Below, in pieces: positions 11,652 through 23,794 of a DNA stretch of 64,000 nt. The position numbers were made by a program, and so were the translations under genes. This stretch comes from Mobula hypostoma (lineage: Eukaryota), in assembly GCF_963921235.1 (NCBI RefSeq), contig NC_086097.1, forward strand, positions 102,364,001 to 102,428,000, in the 5' to 3' direction. Within the stretch, counting starts at the first letter, position 1, and each line of letters opens with the position of its first letter. A model generated the notes under the pieces. The model was not told where the DNA came from. It was given only the letters and a program-made list of their open reading frames with translations, and searched no databases.

Positions 11652-12984
11652 CTCCTCTGTGCCCCACCCAATGAGGACTAATGCTGTGCAGACAATACTT
11701 TAAATGTAGCCTGACTACATTTTGTCACATTTTCCCTACTTGTACCTGCACTCTGCAATTCATGACTAGTTGGCAGGATGCAACAAGTATTGTGTGACAG
11801 GGATCAGTGCTGAGAATTCCTACTTCTACATTTTATGCAAATGCATATGGTTGCTACATTTGCAGGTTGCACGGGGATAACTAGTTACTCAAGTTTTACA
11901 GAAGACGTAAGGGACATGGATAGTGCATAGGTATAGATTTAGCAAAGTGAAGATAAAGTAGGAACATATGAAATTGTCCATTTTGAGAGGAAACATTTAA
12001 AAAAAAGGCATAGACCTTTACAGCTGTACAGCAATGGAAACAAGCCTTTCGATTCAATTTATTCAGAGCAACCAAGTCACCGAGCTAAGCTGATCCCATT
12101 TGCTTGTGTTTGGATCATGTCTCTCTAAACCTTTCGTACCTATGATCCTATCCCAATATTTTAAATGTTAGAATTGTACCCTCCTCTATCTTCTGCCAGC
12201 TCAGTTAATAATGTTATTGACAGGCAAAATGAATGTGGAAGGAGCGAGATTATGCTTCATTTCTGCAGGACATTGTTAAGACCACATCAGGCTGTACTAG
12301 TCTTCTTACTTAAGGAAGGTTGTTAATGATTTGGAAATAGTTCAAAGATTAACCAGAAGATTAATAGCTGACTTGCATCACTGTAGTTTTGATGAGTGAG
12401 AGATAACTTGATTGGTCCTGACAGGGTGGATATGATTCTCTGGTGGGAGAATTCAGAACTAGGGGCAAGGCAACGTTACCTCTGAGAGTTGTGAATATTT
12501 GTAATTATCTTCCTTGAGTTGGCCACAAGACAATTTATAAATATTTTTCAAGCAGAAGTAAAAAGATGTTTAATACACGAGAGTGAAGGCTTCCTGTGGT
12601 TGTCAGAAATGCAGGAGTAGAGTGGCCTTATCCCACTCCCAGTTTGTACATTCATGTGATTCAGCCATTCACTAAGGGCGATTCTCCTTTGGTTCTGCTG
12701 TTGCTGCTGCTTTTTATTAGTAGAAATTTTTAAACACTTTCTGCCCTCAATCTACGAGGCTCTGGAAGAGGCACCATTTCGCAGAAAGCACAATTTACTA
12801 ACCTGCAATTTAGCTACTCTGTGTGTGACGTTTGATGTTTTCCTTCGCCCACACAGGCAGATAGAAATATATATGTATATAACACACAGACAGCTTGAGA
12901 AATAACCTAGTGATTTGCCAGTGTAACATCACTGACATCTCACAAGATGCAGTTAGGCTTGTTTTATCACAAGGGATTAAGATA

Positions 12985-13052
12985 CAATACTGTGCAAAAG
13001 TCTTCAGTACATATAATTTAGCTAGGGTGCCTAAGACTTTTGCACAGTACTG
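12985..13052. mobile_element. Tc1-derived miniature inverted-repeat element (a third TIR-like copy at ~13421-13440)
   Basis: CAATACTGTGCAAAAGTCTT (12985-13004) is inverted relative to AAGACTTTTGCACAGTACTG (13033-13052); preceded by TA. Confidence 0.6.
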
Positions 13053-13708
13053 TTTTTGTCAACATGGAGCAAAGAATGTTGGGAATGACGAGGGTGGAGC
13101 ACTGTAGGACAAATGGCAGAGAAGGAGTGTCAAGGTTTGGGGCGACGCAGGTACAAACAGACCCAGCCCTGTGAGTCAAGGTAAAGTCATTTGATTCCAA
13201 GGAACTGGTTTATTGATCATTACAGAATGTCTTTCTGGTACTTCCTGCTCCCTCTCCCCTCCCCTTTTCCCAACCATGATTCCCCTCTTCCTGACCCCTT
13301 CCTGTTCTCAATCCACAATAGAGACTCATATCATAATCTGGTTTATCATCACTCACATATGTCATGAAATTTGCTTATTTTTTTCATGGCAGCAGTGCAG
13401 AGCAATACATAAAATTACTACAGCACTGCACAAAAGTCTTGTGCAATATATTTTATATATACGTTTTTTAAAAACCGGCAATGTTAATTTGCCAAGGTGC
13501 AGAATATGGATCACCTGAAAATATACAGTCATAATTTTAATGACTTGTCTATCTAAGTACATAGCTCACTCAAAACCTATTGTCATCAGCCAGAGGAAGC
13601 CACAGGGAGGAGACATCCTCCATTAGACTGCATTGTTTCCTTCAACATCTCTTCCTCTCTCTCAAATCAACAGAGGTTTTAAATATAACCTGATTATTGA
13701 ACAGAATT

Positions 13709-14820
13709 AGAAACACAGAAAATAGGTGCAGGAGTAGGCCATTCGGCCCTTCGAACCTGCACCACCATTCAGTACGACCATGGCTGATCATCCAACTCAG
13801 AACCCTATACCTGCCTTCCCTCCATACCCCCTGATCCCTTTAGCCACAAGGGCCATATCTAATTCCCTCTTAAATATAGCCAATGAACTGGCCTCAACTG
13901 TTTCCTGTGGCAGAGAATTCCACAGATTCACCATACTCTGTGTGAAGAAGTTTTTCCTCATCTCGGTCCGAAAAGGCTTCCCCTTCATCCTCAAACCCCT
14001 TGTTCTGGACTTCCCCAACATCTGGAATAATCTTCCTGCATCTAGCCTGTCCAATCCCTTTAGAATTTTATATGTTTCAATCAGATCCCCCCTCAATCTT
14101 CTAAATTTCAGAGAGTATAAGCCTAGTCGATCCAGTCTTTCATCATATGAAAGTCCTGCCATCCCAGGAGTCAATTTGGTGAACCTTCTTTGTACCCCCT
14201 CTATGGCAAGAATGTCTTTCCTCAGATTAGGAGACCAAAACTGCACACAATACTCCAGGTGCGGTCTCACCAAGGCAGTAGTACCAGGGAGGTACAACTG
14301 CAGTAGTACCTCCCTGCTCCTGTACTTGAATCCTCTTGCTATGAATGCCAGCATACCATTCGCCTTTTTCACCGCCTGCTGTACCTGCATGCCCACTGTC
14401 AATGACTGGTCTTGTTGCACCTCCCCTTTTCCTAATCGGCCACCATTGAGATAATAATCTGTTTTCCTGTTCTTGCCACCAAAGTGGATAACCTCACATT
14501 TATCTACATTAAATTGCATCTGCCATGAATTTGCCCACTCACCTAACCTATCAAGTCACCCTGCATCCTCTTAGCATCCTCCTCACAGCTAACACTGCTG
14601 CCCAGCTTTGTGTCATCTGCAAACTTGGAGATGTTGCATTTAATTCCCTCGTCTAAGTCATTAATATATATTGTAAACAACTGGGGTCCCAGCACTGAGC
14701 CTTGCAGTATCCCACTAGTCACTGCCTGCCATTCTGAAAAGGTCCCTTTTATTCCCACTCTTTGCTTCCTGTCTGCCAACCAATTCTCTATCCACATTAA
14801 TACCATACCCGCAATACCAA
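13709..14820 (-). mobile_element. CR1 LINE, 5'-truncated, relatively young
   Basis: ORFs 14543-14842 (QGSVLGP, KFADDTKL) and 13797-14519 (240 aa C-terminal ORF2); 3' UTR ends near 13709. Confidence 0.93.
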
Positions 14821-14852
14821 TTAGCACCAAACTGTAAAGCACACAAATTTAC

Positions 14853-14937
14853 CTTTAAGCTGTGGCTTCGTCAGGTATCGGAAGACAATGATTACAAGGA
14901 TATTAGCCAGAAGGACCAAAATAAAGATAACTCTGAG
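14853..14937 (-). CDS. TMEM62: TMEM62 coding exon (equivalent to exon 11); transmembrane segment
   Basis: LRVIFILVLLANILVIIVFRYLTKPQLK. Acceptor ttattttttgcag, donor GTAAAT; 85 nt, phase 0-1. Confidence 0.9.
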
Positions 14938-15019
14938 CTGCAAAAAATAAAGTCACACTATTATGAAATATCCAATTCACGGTATTTTGGACTTCAATGC
15001 CACCAACTAATCAATAACC

Positions 15020-15752
15020 TATCAGAAATTGGAAGTGCAAAAGGGACTTGGAGTCTTAGTACAGGATTCCCTAAAAATTAACTTACACGTTGAGTCAATG
15101 GTAAGGAAGGCAAATGGAATGTTCAATATTTCGAGAGAATAGAACATAAAAGGAAGGATGCAATTAATGCTTTATAAGGGATTGGTCAGATCACATCTGG
15201 AGTACTGTAAGCAAGTGTGGGGCCCCATATCTAAGAAAGGATGTGCTGGCATTGGGGAGTGTCCAAAGGAGGTTCATGAGAATGATCCTGGGAATGAAAA
15301 GGTTAATGAATGAGGAGCTCTTTAATGGTTCTTTGCCTGTACTCGCTGGAGATTAAAAGAATAAAGGGGGGTGGAATCTCACTGAAATCTATTGAATACT
15401 GTAAGGCCAAGACAGTGGACAGAGAAGATGTTTCCAATGATGAAAGAGTCTAGGACCGAAGGACGCAGCCTCAGAATAGAAGGATGCCCCTTTTGAACAG
15501 AGGTGAGGAGGTATGTCTTGAACCATAGGGTGGGGAACCTGTGGAATCCATTGCCATAGATGGCTGCATAAGCCAAATCATTGGGGGTATTTAAAGCAGA
15601 GATTGATAAGTTCTTTATTCGTAAAGGCATCAAAGGTTATGGGGAGAAGGCAAGAAAATGAGATTGAGAGGGAAGTTAAATCAGCCATGATCAAACAGTG
15701 AATCAGACTCAATGGACTGGATTTAGAATCCTTCTCCTATGTCTTTTTGTCT
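15020..15752 (+). mobile_element. CR1 LINE 3' fragment
   Basis: Degenerate EVQKGLGVLVQDSLK...HLEYC...NLWNPL and a CR1 3' UTR. Confidence 0.8.
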
Positions 15753-16712
15753 TTGTGAGACCGAGTTGTGGCATGCCTTGGAACCATGATAATTATTTAC
15801 CAATAGTGGCTAGGACATGCCCTGTGCAGCTCTGCACGTCCTTGTGCCACATCTATACAAGCTGGCGCAGCTAACACAAGGCAAATGATGGCCCACTGTC
15901 ACACCACGCACTGCCAAGCCCTGTTCCACTACTTAATGATCAGCAGTTGAGAAGCATTTAAAGAATTCTGAAGAATTGCAAGGACTGGCTGATACCAATG
16001 GTTCAATGCCTTGGAATGCAAACACTGATAACCCGATGAAGGGTGCACATGGGTTCCGCTGCTCATGTGACACTATTGTAACAGGCCGAACAGTAGGGCC
16101 TGGAGTGCATACTCCACTATTGAATCTCCTATTTTTTCATGTACATAACAAAGCTACAATGAATCATAAGACAAAAAACTATGTAAAATAAAAAGAGAAA
16201 ATAATATTTATTCATTTGCACAAAAGAGCTCCCTCAGGATAAAAGCAAGCAGCAGAGTGACAGCGAATCAGAGCAAATTACAAAATGCTGGCAATTTTTC
16301 CCCTTAACCATCCTTTGAATTCTTGATGTCCACACAATCCTTTCTCATTTTAGCAACATTTTCACCTCACGTAATTTAATATTTTTCTCAGCCAGATGGA
16401 CACCATTGATTAATTTTTGCAGCTATGTTTTTATGTCTGAATATGATTTCTGAGATCTTTGAATTATTGAATATCTGCCATTCAATATATGTGTATTCAA
16501 CTTCTCCACTAATCTCAGTCAACTCAATGCTAATTGACTTTGTTTAAGCCTCTAAACTTGCAAGAGGGAGTGCTACTGAATCACATTGCAGGAGGTCCAC
16601 ACATTCTAATTCCTACTGTTTCCCACCTCTTCTCTGCTACCATTCTACAATGGAGACTCTAAGCTGTAAACCAGACTCTTGCTGTCTTTCTACAGTCACC
16701 CGTTATGCTTAC

Positions 16713-16826
16713 CATGATGTAGTGAGAAGACTGGAGGATGAATGAAGCCATAATGTCAAAAGTGAGCAGCTCAACCTCTTCCATTGTAAACTTATGGCCT
16801 ATAATTGTGGTTCGTCCAGCTTTGTC
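16713..16826 (-). CDS. TMEM62: TMEM62 coding exon (equivalent to exon 10)
   Basis: DKAGRTTIIGHKFTMEEVELLTFDIMASFILQSSHYIM vs human DSAGRSKSVHHIFSVQENNHLSFDPLASFILRTDHYIM. Acceptor tttcctgttctcag, donor GTAAGC; 114 nt, phase 0-0. Confidence 0.92.
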
Positions 16827-17569
16827 CTGAGAACAGGAAAAGAAGTGATTCAGTGTGTTTGGAGAACAGCAAGTATGAGTAGCTTACTTCTGTTTAAGGG
16901 AAGCAAGTCTGAAATATACCAATGCCACTGACAAGCAGATACATCTCCGGGTTAAGTGGATTCCAAACTGACAAGCAGATACAAGGTGTGATGAGCTTCT
17001 CCTTGGATCTGACTACAAGTGACTTCCCAAGCCATTGCTGTAACCTAATCAACCACCAAAGGACTTGTTGACACGCCTGTTGCTGAGGGAAGAGTCCAAC
17101 CAGATCATCAAAGCTCCATGGAAAATAGGGAGACAACACTGGCTCTTAAATGACTCAACAATTTTTTAAAGCCAAAATATGATTTAAAATATCGGGAGCA
17201 TATTTTAACAAATTCAGCATCTTGTATATAAAGTTCATATTGAAAAAAATTTTTTTTTCTATTTTTTTTGGCATTTCCTTTGACAGTTTTCTCCCTGTTT
17301 TCTAATGAAGGCATTTATTCTTGAAGGCTTACCGTCCTCAGACACAAGGCACTGTCCTTTTTTCCCCAATAGTCTAAAACAATTCAAGTCTCAGGGACTT
17401 GAGTTAAACCTTCATTGCTCTTTCCTACAGAGCAATCAATGTTAGGATTTGAGATCAATTTCCCTCTCCCTTTTCCCTTAGACCTGCTGTGACTAAGACC
17501 TAACAGAATGTGAATGAGGATGAAATAAATCACCATTTGTTCTCTGAGGCTGGTGCACATTTCCTTTAC

Positions 17570-19200
17570 ACAAGAACAGAAGAAACAGGAGCAATAGGCC
17601 ATTTGGCCTATTAAGCCTGTTCCACCATTCAGTAAGATCATTGCTGATTTAGACGTGGACTCAGCTCCACAGAACTGCCTTTTCCCCATAATCCTTAATG
17701 CCTCCGCTATGCAAAAATCTAACTGTGTCTTAAGTATATTTAATGAGATGGCCTCTAGTGCTTCCTTGGGCTGAGAATTCCACAGATTCATTAGACTCCG
17801 GGAAAAGCAGTTTCACTTCTCTCCATAAAGTTATAGAAAACTACAGCATAGAAACAGGCCTTTTGGCCCATCTAGTCCATGCTCAGCCATTTAAACAGCC
17901 TACTCCTATCATCCTGCACCAGGGCCATAGCCCTGCATACCCCGACCATCCACGTACCTAGCCAAACTTCTCTTAAACATTGAAATCAAAAACTGCACCC
18001 ACCATCTGCACTGGCTGCTTGTTCCACACTCTCACCACCCTCCGAATGAAAAAGTTTCCCCCATGTTTCCCTTAAACATTTCACCCTTCACCCATAATCC
18101 ATGACCTCTGGTTTTAGCAACACGTAATCGTCGTTTCATGTCTCAGCCTGAAACATCAACCATACTCTTTTCCATAGATGCTGCCTGGCCTGCTGAGTTC
18201 CTCCAGCATTTTCTGTGTGTTTCTTGGATTTCCAGCATCTGCAAATTTTCTCTTGTTTGTGATTTGACCTCTAGTTTGTCTCAGTGGAAAAAGCCTGCTT
18301 ACATTTACCCTATCTATACCCCTCATAATTTTGTATACCTCTGTCAAATCTCCCCTCATGTAACAGGGAGTAAAGACTTAACTCACTCAATCTTTCCTTA
18401 TAACACAGGTCCTCCAGACCTGGCAACATCCTTGTAAACTTTCTCTGCACTCTTTCAACCTTACTTGCATCTTTCTTGAAGGTAGATGACTAAAACGGCA
18501 CATAATTCTCCAAATTGGGCCTCACCAAGTTTTATACAACTTCAACATAAGATCCCATCTCCTGTAGTCAATACACTGATTTACGAAGGCCAATGTGCCA
18601 AAAGCTTTCTTTACAACCCTACCTACCCATAACGCCACTTTCAATGAACTATGGACCTGTAATTCCCAGATCCCTTTGTTCTACTGTATTCCTCAATGCC
18701 CTACCATTCACTGTGTAAGACCTACCCTGGTTGGTTCTCCCAAAGCGCAACACCTCACACACTTGTCTGCATTAAATTCCATCTGTCATTTTCCAGCTGA
18801 TCCAAATCCCACTGCAAGACGTAATAGTCTTTGCTGTCCACTACACCCTCAATTTGGTGTCATCCACAAATTTGCTGGTCCAGTTAACCAGATTATCATC
18901 CAGATCATTGATAAAGATGACAAACAACAAACAGCACCGATCCCTGCAGCACTCCACTAGTCACAGGCTTCCACTCAGAAAGGCAACTCTCCACTACCAC
19001 ACTCTGGCTTCTCCTGCAAATCTAATGTCTAATCCAATTTACTACCTTATCTTAAATGCCGAGCGACTGAACCTTGTAAACCAACCTCCCATGCAGGACC
19101 TTGTCAAATGCCTTGCTGAAATCCATGTAGACAATATCCACTACCTTTCCTTCAATAACTTTCCTTATAACTTCCTTGAAAAATTCTAAGATTGGTTAGA
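17570..19200 (-). mobile_element. Two adjacent CR1 3' fragments (junction ~17830); the second is interrupted by a PLE repeat
   Basis: ORFs 17384-17791 (MNLWNSQP) and 18156-18359 (MRGDLTEVYKIMRGIDRV); RT remnant DFSKAFDKV near 19100-19130. Confidence 0.8.
18115..18264 (+). mobile_element. Penelope-type terminal-repeat fragment inserted in CR1
   Basis: Near-TSD TGACCTCT(G/A)GTTT at 18102-18114 and 18265-18277; body ...cctgaaacatcaac...gatgctgcctggcctgctgagttcctccagc...ccagcatctgca. Another fragment lies at 19201-19290. Confidence 0.7.
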
Positions 19201-19540
19201 TCCTGAAGAAGGTCTTGCCCCAAAAGATCGACTATTTCCGTAGATGCTGCCTGACTTGCTAAGTTCCACCAGCATTGCGTGTGTATTGCATGAGCTTTTA
19301 GTTTGATGCCTTTCTTTTCCCCTCAGTTATTCAAAGCTGGTTCTCCCCATCTTTACTGGTCTTGCTTTTAACTGGCATGGAGTACAGTCATAACCTACAT
19401 TAAGATATTATTCAGGAGCAATTTCAGTTAGTTTTCTAAAGACTGGATTAAATGTCCATTTCAGCACTGATTCATTATTCTTACCCACTATCAGAGTTAC
19501 CCTGTCTCTCAAATGATCTGGTGCAATTTGCATGTCTTTA

Positions 19541-19858
19541 ATACAAAATAATCTGCAGATGCTGGGATCAAAGCAACACTCACAACACGCTGGAGGAACT
19601 CAGCAGGTCGGGCAGCATCTGTGGAAACGATGAGTCAACGTTTCGGGCCGGAACCCTTTGTCAGGACTGAAGAGGGAAGGGGCAGAGGCCCTATAAAGAA
19701 GGTGGGGGAGGGTGGGAAGGAGAAGGCTGGTAGGTCCAGTTGAAAAACCAGTAATTTGAAAGACAAAGGAGTGGGGGAGGGGAAGCAGGGAGGCAATAGG
19801 CAGGAAAGGTGAAGAAGGAATAGGGGAAAACACAATGGATAGTAGAAGGAGGCGGAAC
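19541..19858 (-). mobile_element. Penelope-type terminal-repeat insertion with hammerhead-like motif
   Basis: 10-bp TSD CATGTCTTTA (19531-19540 and 19859-19868); minus strand AGTCCTGACAAAGGGTTCCGGCCCGAAACGTTGACT. Confidence 0.75.
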
Positions 19859-21544
19859 CATGTCTTTAGTGATGTTCCATAGCTATTATAGACCATAGAA
19901 CAAAATTAACATCCTTGTATAACGAAAGCTACCTGTCCCCATAGTAGTCTGGGGATTAATTAAAATATAAATCTACCTTTGCCTATGACACCATTCAATT
20001 TACGAATATTCTCTTTTGGCAATAAAGAGCATTTTAAGGCCTTGCTACTAATGTAATTCAGGAAAATGTAAAAGACTACACAGAGTAAGATTTGCAACCC
20101 AGCAACACCTTTGTGACAAGATAATACAATTTTAAATTAGTCGAGAATGCATATTGGTCAGAATATTAAGGAAAACTACACTACTTTTTTCTGGTAGTAG
20201 AGTGGGAATTTTTCATCTACTTGAGGCACAGAGAGTTTCAGATTACTCCTGTTATGACACCAGTGGGTATCTCAGTAAAATTCCACAAATCCATTGGCAA
20301 GATGTGAACAAACATCCGCGCTCTCTCCCAGAACAATGTCCCAAACACTGATGCCCTAACTACAGTCAGAGGGGCCCTGTTGAAGACTGGTAACTTCCAT
20401 TCACTGGTTCATTGGCAAGACCGAGGCGGGGAGCTGTTTGCCCTCTGTTGTTGCTAGGCCCTGGCCCTCATACCACAACGTTGCCTGTTGCACCTGCCCA
20501 GGGCAGGACTCTTAAGTTTTTTTTGTGACTATTTGTTGTATGTATGCTGTACATTCTATGTGCTGTGTATGACTGTTGATAGACGTTTTGCATCGTCACC
20601 CTGGAGGAATGCTGGTCATTTGAATGTATTCATTCATATTTGTGTATAGTTGAATGACCATTAAACTTGAACTTGAACTTTTAGACCATCCTTGAAAAAC
20701 TGGAACACCATCTTCAACTTCTAGGAATGTTCATCCCATGATCACTCAAAATGGAGGATCATCACCTGGAAAGGCAACTCTCAAAGGTCTCTACAACAGG
20801 AACAATGGTAGGGTTCTCAAATGGCAGAAGTAATCGGTTCCAGCCTCATTACAGAGAATGCAAGAAACAGGAACAGAAGTGGAGAAGTCAGCCGTCCAAC
20901 CTGCTTTCTTAAGCTGGATGGGCTGATCCAGTCTTGAACTCAGCACCACTTTCTCACAGTCTCCGCACACGCTTTCACTCCCTTCTCATTATGACTTGAA
21001 CATATTCAACAACTCTGTGCCTCTATAGTTCTTTGGATAGTGAATTGGGAAGATTCATGAACAAGAACACCGCCTCCATCCGAAATGGGTGACTCCCTAT
21101 TCTGAATATGAATCCACAGTTGTAGAGAACTCCATGGAGGAAAGCATCCACCCGCTAAATCTCCTCAGGAGCCTGAATGTTTCAATAGGATCACCTCTCT
21201 TTCTTACACAGTCCAATGGGTACAGCCCAACCTTGCTTCATGCATTAACCCCTATATTCATTTTGCAACCAACAGCAGTTTATCTTGTTAACCATATTAC
21301 TGTCTGTGGGAACCTGCTGGGTGCAAACTGTCTGTCACGCTTCCTGCTTTGCAACACTTAACAGTATGTCTGATATTAAGCGTAACATTCTGCAAGAATC
21401 ACTATTGGGGTTACTGTTGGTTAGTGGTTACATTAATGATCTGGAAATGAGTATTTTCAACACAAACTGCAAGTATATACAAATGATATTGATCAGGATT
21501 ATATGCACTCTCAATGTTACAGACTGTATTGGAGACTAAAGTCA

Positions 21545-23794
21545 TGGCTGGTAAACAAGCAAATGTTCAGGGGATATTTGCGTGGAGTTCTGCATAGGTA
21601 TGTTCCAATGAGAGAAAGAAAGGATGGTAGGGTACAGGAACCGTGGTTTACAAAGGCCGTTATAAATCTAGTTGAGCAGAAAACAAGAGCTTACGAAAGG
21701 TTCAAAGAACTAGGTAATGATAGAGATCTAGAAGATTATAAGGCTAACAAGAAAGGAGCTTGTTCCATGAGAAGGTCTTGACAGACAGAATTAAGGGAAA
21801 CCCCCAAGGCATTGCGAAAAGCAAGAGGATAAGACGTGAGGGAATAGGACCATTCAAGTGTGGCAGTGGAAAATTGTGTATGGAACCGGAGGAGATAGCA
21901 GAGGTACTTAATGAATATTTTGCTTCAGTATTCACTACAGAAAAAGATCTTGGCGATTGTAGGGATGACTTGCAGCGGACTGTAAAGCTTGAGCGTGTAG
22001 ATATTAAGGAAGAGGATGTGCTGGAGCTTTTGCAAAGCGTCAAGTTGGATGAGTCACCGGAAGCAGACGGGATGTACCCCAGGCTACTGTGGGAAGCGAG
22101 GAAGGAGATTACTGAGCCTCTGGCGATGATCAATGGGGATGGGAGAGGCTCCGGTGGATTGGAGGGTTGCAGATGTTGTTCCCTTATTCAAGAAAGGGAG
22201 TAGAGATAGCCCAGGATATTATAGACAAATGAGTCTTACTTCAGTGGTTGATAAGTTGATGGAGAAGACACTGAGAGGCAGGATTTACGAACATTTGGAG
22301 AGGCATTATATGATTATTAGGAATAGTCAGCATGGCTTTGTCAAAGGCAGGTGATGCCTTACGAGCCTGATTGAATTTTTTGAGGATGTACCTAAGCACA
22401 TTGATGAAGGTCGAGCCGTAGATGTAGTGTGTATGGATTTCAGCAAGGCATTTGATAAGGTACCCCATGCAAGGCTTATTGAGAAAGTAAGGAGGCATGG
22501 GATCCAAGGGGACATTGCTTTTTGGATCCAGAATTGGTTTGCCCACAGAAGGCAAAGAGTGGTTGTAGACGGGTCATATTCTGCATGGAGGTCAGTGACC
22601 AGTGGTGTGCCTCAGGGATCTGTTCTGGGACCCTTACTCTTCATGATTTTTATAAATGACCTGGATGAGGAAGTGGAGGGATGGGTTAGTAAGTTTGCTG
22701 ATGACACAAAGGTTGGGGGTATTGTGGATAGTGTGGAGGGCTGTCAAAAGTTTACAGCGGGACATTGATAGGACGCAAAACTGGGCTGAGAAGTGGCAGA
22801 TGGGGTTCAACCCAGATAAGTGTGAAGTGGTTCATTTTGTAGGTCAAATATGATGGCAGAATATAGTAATAATGGTATGACTCTTGGCAGTGTGGAGGAT
22901 CAGAGGGATCTTGGGGTCCGAGTCCATAGGACACTCAAAGCTGCTACGCAGGTTGACTCTGTGGTTAAGAGGGCATACGGTGCATTGGTCTTCATCAACC
23001 ATGGGACTGAGTTTAAGAGCAGAGAGGTAATGTTGTAGCTATATAGGACTCTGGTCAGACCCCACTTGGAGTACTGTGCTCAATTCTGGCTGCCTCACTA
23101 CAGGAAGGACGTGGAAACCATAGAAAGGGTGCAGAGGAGATTTTCAAGGATGTTGCCTGGATTGGGGAGCATGCCTTATGAGAGTAGGTTGAGTGAACTC
23201 GGCCTTTTCTCCTTGGAGCAACAGAAGATGAGAGGTGACCTGATACAGGTGTACAAGATGATGAGAGGCATTGATCGTATGGATAGTCAGAGGCTTTTTC
23301 CCAGGGCTGAAATGGCTAGCATGAGAGGGCACAGTTTCAAGGTGCTTGGAAGTAGGTACAGAGGAGATGTCAGGCTAAGTTTATTTTTTGTTTGTTTGTT
23401 GTTGTTTTTTTTTCACAGAGAGTGGTGAGTGCATGGAATGGGCTGCTGGTGGTGGTGGTGGAGGCGGAAATAGAAACATAGAAAACATACAGCACAATAC
23501 AGGCCCTTCCTCCCACAAAGCTGTGCCGAACATGTCCCTACCTTAGAACTACCTAGGCCTTACCCATAGCCCTCAATTTTTCTAAGCTCCCTGTAGCCAT
23601 CCAGGAGTCTCTTAAAGGACCCTATCATTTCCACCAATGATAGGGTCTTTTAAGAGACTCCTGGATAGGTACATGGAGCTTAGAAAAATAGAAGGCTATG
23701 GGTAACCCTGGTAATTTCTAAGGTAAGGACATGTTTGGCACAGCTTTGTGGGCCGAAGGACCTGTATTGTGCTGTAGGTTTTCTATGTTTCTAT
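21545..23794 (+). mobile_element. CR1 LINE, 5'-truncated, with an antisense 3'-end copy inserted at 23470-23635
   Basis: ORFs 21760-22203, 22427-22768 ([11 protein letters not shown]...PQGSVLGP...KFADDTK), 23066-23428; 3' tail ttctatgtttctatg. Confidence 0.93.

Noticed and set aside
13780..14454. Long plus-strand ORF (224 aa) and similar ORFs (387-848, 30288-30692, 41231-41663)
   Set aside because: They are antisense shadows of CR1 or transposase coding sequence, not independent genes.
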